From positions 1-64,000 of the IMG/VR virus record IMGVR_UViG_3300027985_000286: DNA of 64,000 nucleotides, one strand, 5' to 3'. The position numbers were made by a program, and so were the translations under genes. Positions within the stretch are counted from its first letter, which is position 1. Every line of letters starts with the position of its first letter. The notes beneath the pieces are model-generated. The model was given only the letters and a program-made list of their open reading frames with translations, was not told the origin of the DNA and ran no database searches. Below, in pieces: positions 45,209 to 54,601 of this stretch. The DNA is from a virus.

Positions 45209-45727
45209 TTACACCTTATCACCAACGTAGAAAAGACCATCAGACTCCAGGTCAGGAGTAAAGAACGTTTCCTTGCTCTTAAGGAATTTGCCGGCAGGGA
45301 AGAACTTACCGTTGTCGTCGGTATGATCCTTCACTACACGTAGAGCATACGCAGATTTCTTTTTGAACTCCACCGGGAAGATTATGCAGTCCACACCATG
45401 CTTGAGCTTGTACGTCTCAGCTGTTCGGTAAGCGCACTCGTAGGTAGGACACAGCTTGCTCATGTTACTATCAAAGACTCGACGCATCCCTTCATCGGCG
45501 TCCATCCCCATAACATACGCAAGGCCATAAGCAACAACCAGGAGGTCCAAGCACCCGTCTGCCATCTCCTTGATATCCTTTTTCTCGAAACCCTCAAAGA
45601 CCTCTCCAGCTTCCTCTCGGATGAGGTCTACGTACATCGAAACCGGACCCCAGTCCAGATTACGAACGTCCCCTCTCACATTGCCAAACACCTCGTTCAT
45701 TACTGCAACATCTGAAAAGTTGCTCAT
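45209..45727 (-). CDS. MazG/PRA-PH-like NTP pyrophosphohydrolase
   Basis: LIREE..E, E.ADG..DLLVV.YG, V..SNMSK, GK.LK. Confidence 0.85.
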   Translation of the reverse strand: MSNFSDVAVMNEVFGNVRGDVRNLDWGPVSMYVDLIREEAGEVFEGFEKKDIKEMADGCLDLLVVAYGLAYVMGMDADEGMRRVFDSNMSKLCPTYECAYRTAETYKLKHGVDCIIFPVEFKKKSAYALRVVKDHTDDNGKFFPAGKFLKSKETFFTPDLESDGLFYVGDKV

Positions 45728-46203
45728 GCTCCACCTTCCTTGCGAGCCCGAGCCTTATCAGCTCGCATCATATACTTGGGTTTCAGAGACCAATTCTTCT
45801 TGTCTGCGTAACTAAGAATCTTGATCATACCCAAGTGCGATACATTGGACTCAGCGTCCGCCTTATCGATGAGTTCACACAGTCCCCATTCCTCTAGAAG
45901 AAGTGCGATACGGTTGCGCCGTCCGTAGTCTTCATGCGTCATGGTGGACGGGCGACCATCCTGAGCAAACATTTCCTTGAAGTGCAGGATTGCGTACTCA
46001 CCCTGGCGATGCAGGATGTGGCAACTCTGCCAAAGCACGCTACCCTTTGCAGGCACGCCAATTCGGGTAAGAGACTCCCTGATCTTGTTGAAGTCTTCGT
46101 GGCTCTTCAGCTTGATTCGAATGCCATCGCCGTCAAACACATCGGTTTCAATTCCTTCAACTTCCGCCAGAAGGGTACCGTTGTTAGTCGTATCAGAACT
46201 CAT
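45724..46203 (-). CDS. regA: translational repressor
   Basis: DF.KIRESLTRIG, LWQSCHILHRQG.YAI.HFKE.F..DG, RRNRIA.LL.EWGL. Confidence 0.95.
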   Translation of the reverse strand: MSSDTTNNGTLLAEVEGIETDVFDGDGIRIKLKSHEDFNKIRESLTRIGVPAKGSVLWQSCHILHRQGEYAILHFKEMFAQDGRPSTMTHEDYGRRNRIALLLEEWGLCELIDKADAESNVSHLGMIKILSYADKKNWSLKPKYMMRADKARARKEGGA

Positions 46204-46610
46204 TTTACTCTGCCTCCAACGTTCATTCTCTGCTTAATGTCGTCAATTTGCTCTTTAGTTAAAACCTTAAGAGCATCAACTGCCTTTGCCTTACTGTAAC
46301 CGTAATAACGCATAACAACGTCCAAATCATCGTATGCTGACTTTTTAGCCCACTTTCCTCTGCGTCTCTTCGACCGGATTGAGTTAAAAAGGTAGTCGAA
46401 GTGCATCTGCTTACTTACCAAAGGATGCTTATTCATCTCATTGGCATACAAGATCGTATCTACGTGTTGACTCAAAGCTTGCACGATGATAAAAGGATCG
46501 TAGGTCCTAACGTTGTCTTCTCCGTTTTCGCCCCTAGTAGCATCAACCTTAGTAAACGTAATCGAGTCTAGGATCTCAAACAAGTCAGCCACGTTAAGCC
46601 TTCCACTCAA
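46200..46610 (-). CDS. 62: clamp loader small subunit gp62
   Basis: Y.PFI...ALS, ANEMN, HFDYL...IR, KWAK, YYGYS..KA; true start may be slightly downstream. Confidence 0.9.
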   Translation of the reverse strand: MSGRLNVADLFEILDSITFTKVDATRGENGEDNVRTYDPFIIVQALSQHVDTILYANEMNKHPLVSKQMHFDYLFNSIRSKRRRGKWAKKSAYDDLDVVMRYYGYSKAKAVDALKVLTKEQIDDIKQRMNVGGRVK

Positions 46611-47550
46611 CAGAGGCCATTAAGGAAACCGCTAGGGCAACCAAATGAACCTCCTTGCTTGGAACAATACCATCAAACCGTTGGTACTCTTCAAGGGTCA
46701 AGATAACCTCAGGAATTGACGAAGGCTTAACCTTCTCGTAGAGAACCTTATAGAGACCCTCGTAGATAGCAGACGTGTCGTACCCTGATGTGTCCGCTGC
46801 CCACTGTCGAATCTCTTTGAAGTCTCTATTCTTCATTAGCTCAACAAGCTTGTCAACGTTAGAACCTTTGAGTGCCTCAAGGATACCAACGTCAATTTTC
46901 CCGCTCTTAGCGTAGCTGTTAAGCTCTGTAAGGACCTTACGGTTATCGGGGAAATAACGCTGGATAACTGCAGCAACCACTTTCTTATCGTGCACAACAC
47001 CTTCCAGTTCCAGAATCTGGATAGTCCTCTTCATCAGCTGAAGAGCAAGCGGTGCTTTCTCAGTTGACGGGATTGAGAAATCAATCTGCTTCAACCGAGA
47101 GCGAAGAGGTTCGATAATAAGATTGGGATAGTTGCAGGTGAAGATAAAGCTACAGTTCTTGCTGAACTCTTCAATCGCAGACCTCAAGGCAGGCTGAGTA
47201 GAGTTCTTCTGTAGGTGGTCAGCCTCATCAAGGATTACAACCTTGCCGTTACCTGTTAGGCTGGTGGTAGATGCAAACTGCCTAATCTTGGTACGTAGTA
47301 CATCAATACCACTATCTTCTGATGCTGGAATAAACATCCAATCGCAGTCCAGCTCGTTACACAGAGCTTTCGCAGCAGTTGTCTTGCCAGTTCCCGGCGG
47401 TCCTGACAGAAGTAGATTGGGCATTCTACCGCTATCTACAATAGAGAGCATTAGCCCAGATGTTGCAGCTGGAAGGATGCAGTCTTTGATTGTTGCTGGT
47501 CTATACTTTTCTGTCCAAAGGTGTTCGTTTTCGTTAAATGAAATCGTCAA
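46594..47550 (-). CDS. 44: clamp loader ATPase subunit gp44
   Basis: LW.EKYRP.TI..CILP, GPPGTGKTT, ILDEAD, Q.ALR..IEEFS, EPLRSR; start approximate. Confidence 0.93.
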   Translation of the reverse strand: MTISFNENEHLWTEKYRPATIKDCILPAATSGLMLSIVDSGRMPNLLLSGPPGTGKTTAAKALCNELDCDWMFIPASEDSGIDVLRTKIRQFASTTSLTGNGKVVILDEADHLQKNSTQPALRSAIEEFSKNCSFIFTCNYPNLIIEPLRSRLKQIDFSIPSTEKAPLALQLMKRTIQILELEGVVHDKKVVAAVIQRYFPDNRKVLTELNSYAKSGKIDVGILEALKGSNVDKLVELMKNRDFKEIRQWAADTSGYDTSAIYEGLYKVLYEKVKPSSIPEVILTLEEYQRFDGIVPSKEVHLVALAVSLMASVEWKA

Positions 47551-47602
47551 AACACATACTCCCCGCAATGTGCCCTCCCTGGCACTGTCCATCTCAACGC
47601 TA

Positions 47603-48307
47603 TTATACGTTGAATTCGCTGCTATCTGCAACAGCCATCACATAAACAATCGGCTGGTTTTTGTTGATAAAGAGCGCAATGAGAGAACCTTTACGCTTTG
47701 CGATCTTAACAGTATAGTCCCCACCAAGCATCTTGAGGTTGTCAGAGTCAAAGACAATCTTGAACACCTTATCAGACGAACATAGCTTAGTCTTGAATGA
47801 ATTGCCCTTGCTTCCTGTGTCCAACTTCACATCTAGCGCAGTAAATGAAATATCCGATCCGTCACCAACAAACGCAAGGTTAGGAAGCTTCAGTGTAGCC
47901 GACGCGCGATAAGCAGCAACAAGCTTATCGTTGCCCAAGTCAAACTCAACAAGAATCTCATCAGGTACCAGATCTCTATCGGAGAATCCAGTAATCATTC
48001 GCTCATCTGCCATGTGGTACTTAATGGCAAGCTCTCCCTTCTGGTCCTGAATTGACAGGAAATCGTCGTCGACGAACTCAATAAGAGGAGACTCGACCAA
48101 AGAAAGAACAGACAAGAGTTCCATAATGTCGTACACCACAAAGTTGCCCGGGAAGGCACCAACCTTTGCAGTGAGCATGAGGGTATTATCAGGGCTCTTA
48201 ACACGAAGAATATCAGAGTCCTTCTTAATCATCACGTTACGATGAATCGTGCCTGCATTTTTGAGAATATCAAACAGCTCTTTTGTTACCTTTACCTGAC
48301 TAGTCAT
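47603..48307 (-). CDS. 45: sliding clamp gp45
   Basis: ILKN...I, F.VYD..ELLSVLSL, ATLKLP.L, NLKML.GDY.V; synteny 45-44-62-regA. Confidence 0.88.
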   Translation of the reverse strand: MTSQVKVTKELFDILKNAGTIHRNVMIKKDSDILRVKSPDNTLMLTAKVGAFPGNFVVYDIMELLSVLSLVESPLIEFVDDDFLSIQDQKGELAIKYHMADERMITGFSDRDLVPDEILVEFDLGNDKLVAAYRASATLKLPNLAFVGDGSDISFTALDVKLDTGSKGNSFKTKLCSSDKVFKIVFDSDNLKMLGGDYTVKIAKRKGSLIALFINKNQPIVYVMAVADSSEFNV

Positions 48308-48326
48308 GTTTTCTCCAAACGTTGAA

Positions 48327-49586
48327 CTAAGCTACCTTGTGATACCTGGTGGTCTCAACCAAATCTTGCCTGATCACTTCCCCAGAAAACGGATTATACG
48401 CTACGAGCTTACCTCCATAAACAGCCCCACCGTCAATATTGGCCTTAACCTTGTCAATGTTCTCTACGTACTCCCAATGCCTATGGCCGTGCACCTGCTT
48501 CATATCAAACGAACGGAACCACTGGTGTTCGTCATCGAACATGATAGAAGTCCGACGATTAGAGACAGAAATCGGAAAAGTAATACACCCGTCAATAGAC
48601 GCGTTTGCGTCCATACCAGCATGAGTGATCAGCACAGAATCGCAACTGCCGTCCTTCATCAGAATGATGCTAGGAGGCATATGACCAATAATCAGGTCAA
48701 TGACACCCTCCTTGGTCATGATTGTGCTTTGCTCTAACTGACGGTGGGTGTACTCCCTAGAAACACTCCTACACACCTTATTCTGGGTGAGTTCCATCAA
48801 GAAGGAGTGCTCGTGGTTTCCCCGAACGCAATGCAGGTTGATGTCTTTCGAGGATTCCGGGAGCTCGACGTTGTCTTTAATGAACCTCAACATCTCAATA
48901 CTACCGTACCCGCGGTCAATAACATCCCCAGCGAGGATCACGTCCTTTGCTCCGACGTTTGCGAGCTTCTGCATCAACTCAAGAAACGTCTGATAGCAAC
49001 CGTGGACATCACCAACAACCCAAGCAGACCCGTTGGTTTGGACGATCTTCGTCCAGAAATTCTTTCCGTACTTCGTGAAGAAGAGATGAACAGAGTCGTC
49101 GAAGTTCTTCTCGTACATCTCCTTGGTTACAGTAAAAACTTCAATACCACTGGTGTACAGCCACTTATCGCTGCTCTGGAGCTTCGACACCGTTCCTTCA
49201 ACTACAGCCTTGGGCACGTAGAGCCCAAAAGTTTCGGCCCGTCTGCGAATGTTTCCCATAAGGTACTCAACATCTCGCACCCTGAAGTCAATCACGATCA
49301 ACCTTGCCCGGTAACGGTCAACAATCTTCTTGATCTCGTTAATACCTTTCGAAGTGGCAAAAGTCGCATCGATAACAGTGGGCGCCCCGCGAAGGAGCCG
49401 GCTCTCTAGGGCCTGGTTGATAAAACTGAACACCTCTTTCGAAGTGTCCTGGTCAGCACTGTTGCCACCAAGCATCACCCTCAAGGCATCGGAAGACAGA
49501 ATGATAGATGTAGGAAACAGTACTCTAGCAAGAGTACTCTTGCCGGACCCTTGAGGCCCTCTCATCAAAACCACAGTGTTTCTCAT
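48327..49586 (-). CDS. polynucleotide kinase-phosphatase (P-loop kinase plus calcineurin-like phosphoesterase)
   Basis: GPQGSGKST, SSD..R, VIDAT; GDVHG, GDVIDRG, RGNHE, THAG, HGH. Confidence 0.87.
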   Translation of the reverse strand: MRNTVVLMRGPQGSGKSTLARVLFPTSIILSSDALRVMLGGNSADQDTSKEVFSFINQALESRLLRGAPTVIDATFATSKGINEIKKIVDRYRARLIVIDFRVRDVEYLMGNIRRRAETFGLYVPKAVVEGTVSKLQSSDKWLYTSGIEVFTVTKEMYEKNFDDSVHLFFTKYGKNFWTKIVQTNGSAWVVGDVHGCYQTFLELMQKLANVGAKDVILAGDVIDRGYGSIEMLRFIKDNVELPESSKDINLHCVRGNHEHSFLMELTQNKVCRSVSREYTHRQLEQSTIMTKEGVIDLIIGHMPPSIILMKDGSCDSVLITHAGMDANASIDGCITFPISVSNRRTSIMFDDEHQWFRSFDMKQVHGHRHWEYVENIDKVKANIDGGAVYGGKLVAYNPFSGEVIRQDLVETTRYHKVA

Positions 49587-49590
49587 GATG

Positions 49591-50574
49591 TCACTCCATG
49601 TTAAATCCGAGGTACTTAACGTACTTCTGGAAGTTGGGCTGCTTTTCTAGCCACTCTTCAACAGAAAGTCCTTCGATGTTGTTCTTAGCGTCATTATACG
49701 CTGCTTCCAGCGCAGGAACAACTTCTTCCTCACAATTCAAAGGAACGCCGTTGTGCATATCCATGATAAGAGACTTTGCCTTGTGCTTTAACTCGCCATA
49801 CCAGTAATGACGCACAAACAAGAAAAAGCGAGTCTTCACCTTGAATACAACAAGGGGCTGGTCATCGGCGTCCTTCAAGTGCACTACCCACCCTTCGGTG
49901 TTTCTGTATCTCCGGAGCATGTTCAGGTATCCACCAAAACCCACCATATCCCCAAACGTTCTTCGACCATCAAAAACTACGCTCTTGGGGATGATAACCT
50001 CATCGTCAAAAACGCTGGTTCGGTAGTCAAGGTACCTGCCCGTAACCGTTTCACGGACTCCAATAAGAACAGCAGTGTCCAACACGTCGTGCCGGTTATT
50101 ACGCTCCAAGAAAGGGAACATGACATGAGGATCGTTCTTGGTATCCATAACCTCGAACATATAGGTGTGGTTCTTTCGCATACCGTTGTAATTACAGACC
50201 TTATCCAGCAAGACCCGGTCATTCAAGGTCATGTCAGTCCCTGCACTACCCTTGTTGGTATTGATCCACTGACCTTTATGATTGAAGACAATGGACAAAT
50301 GACCATTGAACTTCTCATACGCCTCGAAGTAAGACCCAGGGTTTTCAAGGTGAATTCGAAGTAGGTTGGCCTCTTTAGTATTGTGCACCTCGTTGACGTT
50401 GAAGAACTTATCAAACGGGTTGCTTACGATGTCACCGTGCTTGTCGTAAACATGACCACGAGACTTAATAACCGTTGGAGTCCACAGTCTCTTGTAGAAG
50501 GCAGCCTTCGTGTAGCAGTGAAGCGTAAGATCTTCACCAAAAGGAACTTTCCTTACAACACGATTGGAGCTCAT
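49591..50574 (-). CDS. Rnl1-like RNA ligase
   Basis: RG, PFDKFFN, motif I EKFNG, MFE, motif IV EGWVV, motif V KVKT. Confidence 0.82.
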   Translation of the reverse strand: MSSNRVVRKVPFGEDLTLHCYTKAAFYKRLWTPTVIKSRGHVYDKHGDIVSNPFDKFFNVNEVHNTKEANLLRIHLENPGSYFEAYEKFNGHLSIVFNHKGQWINTNKGSAGTDMTLNDRVLLDKVCNYNGMRKNHTYMFEVMDTKNDPHVMFPFLERNNRHDVLDTAVLIGVRETVTGRYLDYRTSVFDDEVIIPKSVVFDGRRTFGDMVGFGGYLNMLRRYRNTEGWVVHLKDADDQPLVVFKVKTRFFLFVRHYWYGELKHKAKSLIMDMHNGVPLNCEEEVVPALEAAYNDAKNNIEGLSVEEWLEKQPNFQKYVKYLGFNME

Positions 50575-50583
50575 ACCGCCTCC

Positions 50584-50691
50584 TTAACGAAACATGGTCG
50601 CAGAAATCGCAAAGATTGCGATCAGCAGAGCGGCCAGACCTGCGGTAGCGAGGCGGCAAAGGGAAAACGGCTCACAGCTTCGAATAGTCAT
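50584..50691 (-). CDS. 35-aa membrane peptide (not in ORF track)
   Basis: GGAGG SD; one hydrophobic helix. Confidence 0.4.
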   Translation of the reverse strand: MTIRSCEPFSLCRLATAGLAALLIAIFAISATMFR

Positions 50692-51157
50692 ACGCATCAA
50701 CCTCCCATGGGAATTTAATCCAAGTGTTTGCATCTTTATTCACACGTCTTGCTGCATAATCACAAGTGAAAGAGCTATTGGTGTTCTCAATCAATACCGC
50801 AGACTTGCACCTGTCAGAAGTTTGAAATCTGGACATCACATGGTCTAACGTCGCACCGCTATCGTTAATATCATCAACAATCAGCACATTTGACTCACTC
50901 TGAGAAAGTAGGTCAAAGATGCTGCCGTCCTCGTAAGATAGGTGCCCGTTGTCGTTTCTGCCATTATAGTGGCTAACGAAGTAGGTGTAAACAGAGCCAA
51001 CGTTCAACTGATGGCTAAGAATGGTTGCAGGAACCATTCCACCTCGAACCAACGCAAGAATGCAGTCTGGCTTGAAACCTGAAGTTTGAACGAGAAGACA
51101 GAGGTCACGGACATTATCCAACACTTCCTGAAACGACAATTCCTTATCAGCCATCAA
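50672..51157 (-). CDS. type I phosphoribosyltransferase (Gpt/xanthine-guanine PRT-like)
   Basis: LVRGG..PA, VLIVDDINDSGATL PRPP loop, WI.FPWE. Confidence 0.9.
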   Translation of the reverse strand: MMADKELSFQEVLDNVRDLCLLVQTSGFKPDCILALVRGGMVPATILSHQLNVGSVYTYFVSHYNGRNDNGHLSYEDGSIFDLLSQSESNVLIVDDINDSGATLDHVMSRFQTSDRCKSAVLIENTNSSFTCDYAARRVNKDANTWIKFPWEVDAYDYSKL

Positions 51158-51164
51158 GACACCC

Positions 51165-51686
51165 TCAATAGTTGGTTGGCTCGAAAGGTCTTCCTAAGAC
51201 CTCTTCCCAAGACATCACGTTAACTCCTCTGTTCTTCAGGTAATCTACTCCCGTTAAGTCTCTGTATGCTTCCAAGTAGTATAGCGACTTGACACCTGAG
51301 TTTGCAACTCTCATTGCGCATTGAAGACAAGGCGAGTAGGTCTGGTAAATCACACTGCCGTGAGCAGATACTCCTTCCTTGAGCATCTTGTCTAGAGCGT
51401 TCTGCTCTGCATGGATGACAGTAGGCTTGGTGATGAGCTCAAACCCGCCTCCTGGCCAGAACTTGGCATTGTCCTTAATCTCGCAACAGTTATCATCACC
51501 GGGTGCGGTTCCGTTGTAACCTACATATACGCCCATGGAAGGAGTGACAATACAAGCGCCAACCTTCTTCCTAACTGCGTAGCTTGCATCCTTTATCATG
51601 AAGGCAATCATCATCCATTGCATCGGGTACTTTTCTTGATTGTCCGCGCTGTATGATGGTTTCAAGTGCAGCAGATCATGGTTCAT
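51165..51686 (-). CDS. cd: dCMP deaminase
   Basis: KVGA.IV, GYNGT, HAEQNA, SPCLQC. Confidence 0.92.
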   Translation of the reverse strand: MNHDLLHLKPSYSADNQEKYPMQWMMIAFMIKDASYAVRKKVGACIVTPSMGVYVGYNGTAPGDDNCCEIKDNAKFWPGGGFELITKPTVIHAEQNALDKMLKEGVSAHGSVIYQTYSPCLQCAMRVANSGVKSLYYLEAYRDLTGVDYLKNRGVNVMSWEEVLGRPFEPTNY

Positions 51687-52311
51687 TGTCAGAAGCCCAC
51701 CCTGCCAATGCTTTTTGAATCTGCAGTGCATCAATAATGCAGTCATGCAGAGAATCGTGCTTCTGGCAGTTTGGTGTTTCGTCAGACACATCAATGTAAC
51801 CACGTTCAGCACCTACTAGGAAGTGAAGCATAGTACGAATATCTCTCCAACGCCAAAAGTCGTAGAACCCGTCCTTTTGTACGCTCTTTCCTTGAGACTT
51901 GTACAAGTTATGCAAGAGCTTTACTTCAAGCTCCCCACGACTTGCCAACCAAAAGTTCAGATGGTCACCACTCTTGTTAGAGAAGTGGTTTTCCTTTAGA
52001 GTTTTCTCAATGTTGGGTACAAGATCTTGGATGGGGATATCGTTAGGGCTTGGCAAAACGCAGCGTTTCCGCACGTCGGGTGCCTGCATCTTCCACCAGT
52101 CTACAGTATCACTATCTACCGTCCTTCCCATCAGTTTTTGAGACGAAACATCTAGCTTCCACCTCTTACCTGAGCTCATCAGCTCTTTTTCTGTGTAGTT
52201 CAGTCTCTGGTTGAAATCAACCAAAACCATAGAGAAATCTAAAATGACAGACCCTTCGTCAACACCCAAGGTCTCTGCGTCACAAATCATAAACCGCATG
52301 TTCATTGTCAT
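51676..52311 (-). CDS. dexA: DexA-like 3'-5' exonuclease (DEDDh)
   Basis: DAETLG, T..WW..Q, FW..RDIRT, HDSLHDC..D. Confidence 0.8.
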   Translation of the reverse strand: MTMNMRFMICDAETLGVDEGSVILDFSMVLVDFNQRLNYTEKELMSSGKRWKLDVSSQKLMGRTVDSDTVDWWKMQAPDVRKRCVLPSPNDIPIQDLVPNIEKTLKENHFSNKSGDHLNFWLASRGELEVKLLHNLYKSQGKSVQKDGFYDFWRWRDIRTMLHFLVGAERGYIDVSDETPNCQKHDSLHDCIIDALQIQKALAGWASDNEP

Positions 52312-52871
52312 TTATCAGCCTCGAAGTAATCCATAGATTGCTCATCATCGTCGTCGCCACCAAGCACTTCGTCAGCAAGCTCATCCAACTTATACTTGTC
52401 TGTTAAAGGTAGCCCATCAACCCTTCCGAACATGGTACCATCCTTGATGCTATCCAGAACTTCCTTGGGCATCACTCTAAGGTTCATCTTCGCTTGAGCT
52501 GACTCTTCTTTATCTTCATCAGAGACCCTGTCATCAAGATCCTTCCTGGTGTAGAACATCTCTGACAGAGTCATGGCATTCCAGAGAATCGCGTCAACCT
52601 CAGCACTCCCCTTCATTGTAGGGTCATCGTCCATATCCTGACCATTCTGAAACTTCGTAAGATGGCGCAACATGCAATCAATAAGCTCAGACCACTGAGC
52701 ACCCTTCTTCCAGTTACCTCTTGAATACTTTACAGAACCTCGTTCACAATGGCCCGCAAAACCTTTGATAGCGTTGGGCCATTCAAGAAAATAGCTGAGC
52801 TTAGGCTTACCAGAGTTATTTCTGGAGCAAAGAGTAGCGTCTCTGTTAGGGTCTTGTGAGTCGATTGCCAT
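52308..52871 (-). CDS. dATP/dGTP diphosphohydrolase domain protein (DUF5664-like)
   Basis: GKP..S, G..KY.R.NWKKG, D...RHL..F..G.D.D, WN...L. Confidence 0.75.
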   Translation of the reverse strand: MAIDSQDPNRDATLCSRNNSGKPKLSYFLEWPNAIKGFAGHCERGSVKYSRGNWKKGAQWSELIDCMLRHLTKFQNGQDMDDDPTMKGSAEVDAILWNAMTLSEMFYTRKDLDDRVSDEDKEESAQAKMNLRVMPKEVLDSIKDGTMFGRVDGLPLTDKYKLDELADEVLGGDDDDEQSMDYFEADK

Positions 52872-52879
52872 TTTGTCCT

Positions 52880-54601
52880 CTACTTGATGACCGTAAAATC
52901 GTTTTCTAGCTTGAAAGAAATCTCGCTTCTAAAGTGCGAAGCCATCTCTTCTTGTCTCTGAGTGATAACAAAGATGTTCTTATCCGAAAATTCCTGCTTA
53001 AGAAGCAACAGTAACATTTCAACGCCCTCAGGGTCAAGTGACTCCATCATCTCATCAATAAAGAGCAAGTTGCACGATAGAGTAGACTTTGCCTCTGCCA
53101 CTTTCTTCCAAGTAAGAAGAATTGCAAAGTCAACCCTCCTCTTCTGACCGTTAGACAGGTTTTCGTACACAAAGCCAGACCTGGCTGGATTAGCAAACGA
53201 CTCGCCGAACGTTTCGTCCAACTGAAACGCAATGTTAAAGTTCATCTTCTCAAGAAAACCATTAAGGATCTGGTTAATCACAGGAATGTACTGCTTGATG
53301 ACGTGAGCCTTTGCACCGTCATCCTTTAAAGAAATCACTACGTCTCTTAGCGCATCGTAAACCTTATCGACGTCAGCTTTTCTGATAAGCAGTTCGCTCA
53401 TCTTGCTCTGGAGCTCTTTCAGCGTTTCCCTCTTAGGGTCCAAATCAAGACTACTCTCTAGCTTTTTGATAGAGGCCTCGATAAGAGAAAGATTGGCCTT
53501 TGCAGCATCCAGCTCTGCTGACACCAGCATGGCTCTTTGCTTGATTTCTCTTACCTTCTCCTCAGTATCAATGAACGAGTTAACTGCAAGACGATGATCT
53601 TCCTCCCTGCGCTTCAGCTCCTCATGCTTTCCGTCAAGGTCTCTGATTTGGATGTTGCAATCATCAACAATAGACTTCACGTGGCTGGGGTTCATGCTCT
53701 GCCCGCACGTAGGGCAAACGCTATTACTTTCAAAGAACCCAATCTTGTCCCAGCAGGCTTTGATCTTAGTTCTAATCTCACCACCAAACCTAAAGAAGTT
53801 GGCAGTCTTCTCCTTCATCTTATCGCCGTCGTACGCTGTTAGAGCGGTCAGGAGAGGACTTGCCTCTTCCTTGACCAAGCGTAAACGTTCTACAATTTCG
53901 TCGCAGCGTGCACGCTCTGAGGCAGCCTCAGCCTGCTTTTCGCTAACCTGTCTTGCTGCATTGGCCTCAAGTTCAGAGATTAGAGACGCAGCATTATCAA
54001 TGTCTTTTTGTAGAAGACGGATGTTAAGCTCAATGTCATCATACTCAATCTTAACTTGCTTGATTTTTGCAGATGCAATCTTGTTCATGAACGAGAAGAT
54101 GCTAATACCTAAGACATCTTCTACAACCTTTCGTCTACTAGCAGCATCTAAGGACATGAAGGGGACAAAGTCTTCCTTTTCCAGGATGACCATCTGGGTA
54201 AAAAGTTTCTTGTCAAAACCAATCCTATTCTCCAACATCTTCTGATATAGCTTAATGTTGGCAGGTTGCTTGAGAAGCTCACCGTTTTCCCAAATTTCAA
54301 ACTTCTTGGGTTTTTCTCCTCGTACTACCTTATACAGAGTGCTTCCTTGCTTCCACTCGATCTCAACCTCTAGTCCGCCCTTACTCTTGATGTTGATTAG
54401 ACCACCCAGATTCACTTTTCTGTGAGGTCTACCAAACAAGGCATACACGATAGCTTCTGCGATTGTGGTTTTGCCTGATCCGTTAAGACCTGTGATTGCG
54501 GTTAGGTGCGATTTATCCAAGTCAATGGTAATCCAGTTGTTACCTACCGCAAGAAAGTTTCTGTATCGTACCTTAATGAAGTCTAAGTGCATTCTACTCA
54601 C
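52880..54601 (-). CDS. 46: recombination nuclease ATPase subunit gp46 (Rad50-like)
   Basis: RNFL.VGN, GLNGSGKTT, CPTCGQ hook, LSNGQK.R.D, LFIDE. Confidence 0.93.
   Translation of the reverse strand: MSRMHLDFIKVRYRNFLAVGNNWITIDLDKSHLTAITGLNGSGKTTIAEAIVYALFGRPHRKVNLGGLINIKSKGGLEVEIEWKQGSTLYKVVRGEKPKKFEIWENGELLKQPANIKLYQKMLENRIGFDKKLFTQMVILEKEDFVPFMSLDAASRRKVVEDVLGISIFSFMNKIASAKIKQVKIEYDDIELNIRLLQKDIDNAASLISELEANAARQVSEKQAEAASERARCDEIVERLRLVKEEASPLLTALTAYDGDKMKEKTANFFRFGGEIRTKIKACWDKIGFFESNSVCPTCGQSMNPSHVKSIVDDCNIQIRDLDGKHEELKRREEDHRLAVNSFIDTEEKVREIKQRAMLVSAELDAAKANLSLIEASIKKLESSLDLDPKRETLKELQSKMSELLIRKADVDKVYDALRDVVISLKDDGAKAHVIKQYIPVINQILNGFLEKMNFNIAFQLDETFGESFANPARSGFVYENLSNGQKRRVDFAILLTWKKVAEAKSTLSCNLLFIDEMMESLDPEGVEMLLLLLKQEFSDKNIFVITQRQEEMASHFRSEISFKLENDFTVIK

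Noticed and set aside
52308-52871. 2-aminoadenine (dZ) genome signature
   Set aside because: A DUF5664-like gene is present, but no PurZ or DatZ-like HD phosphohydrolase is in the window.
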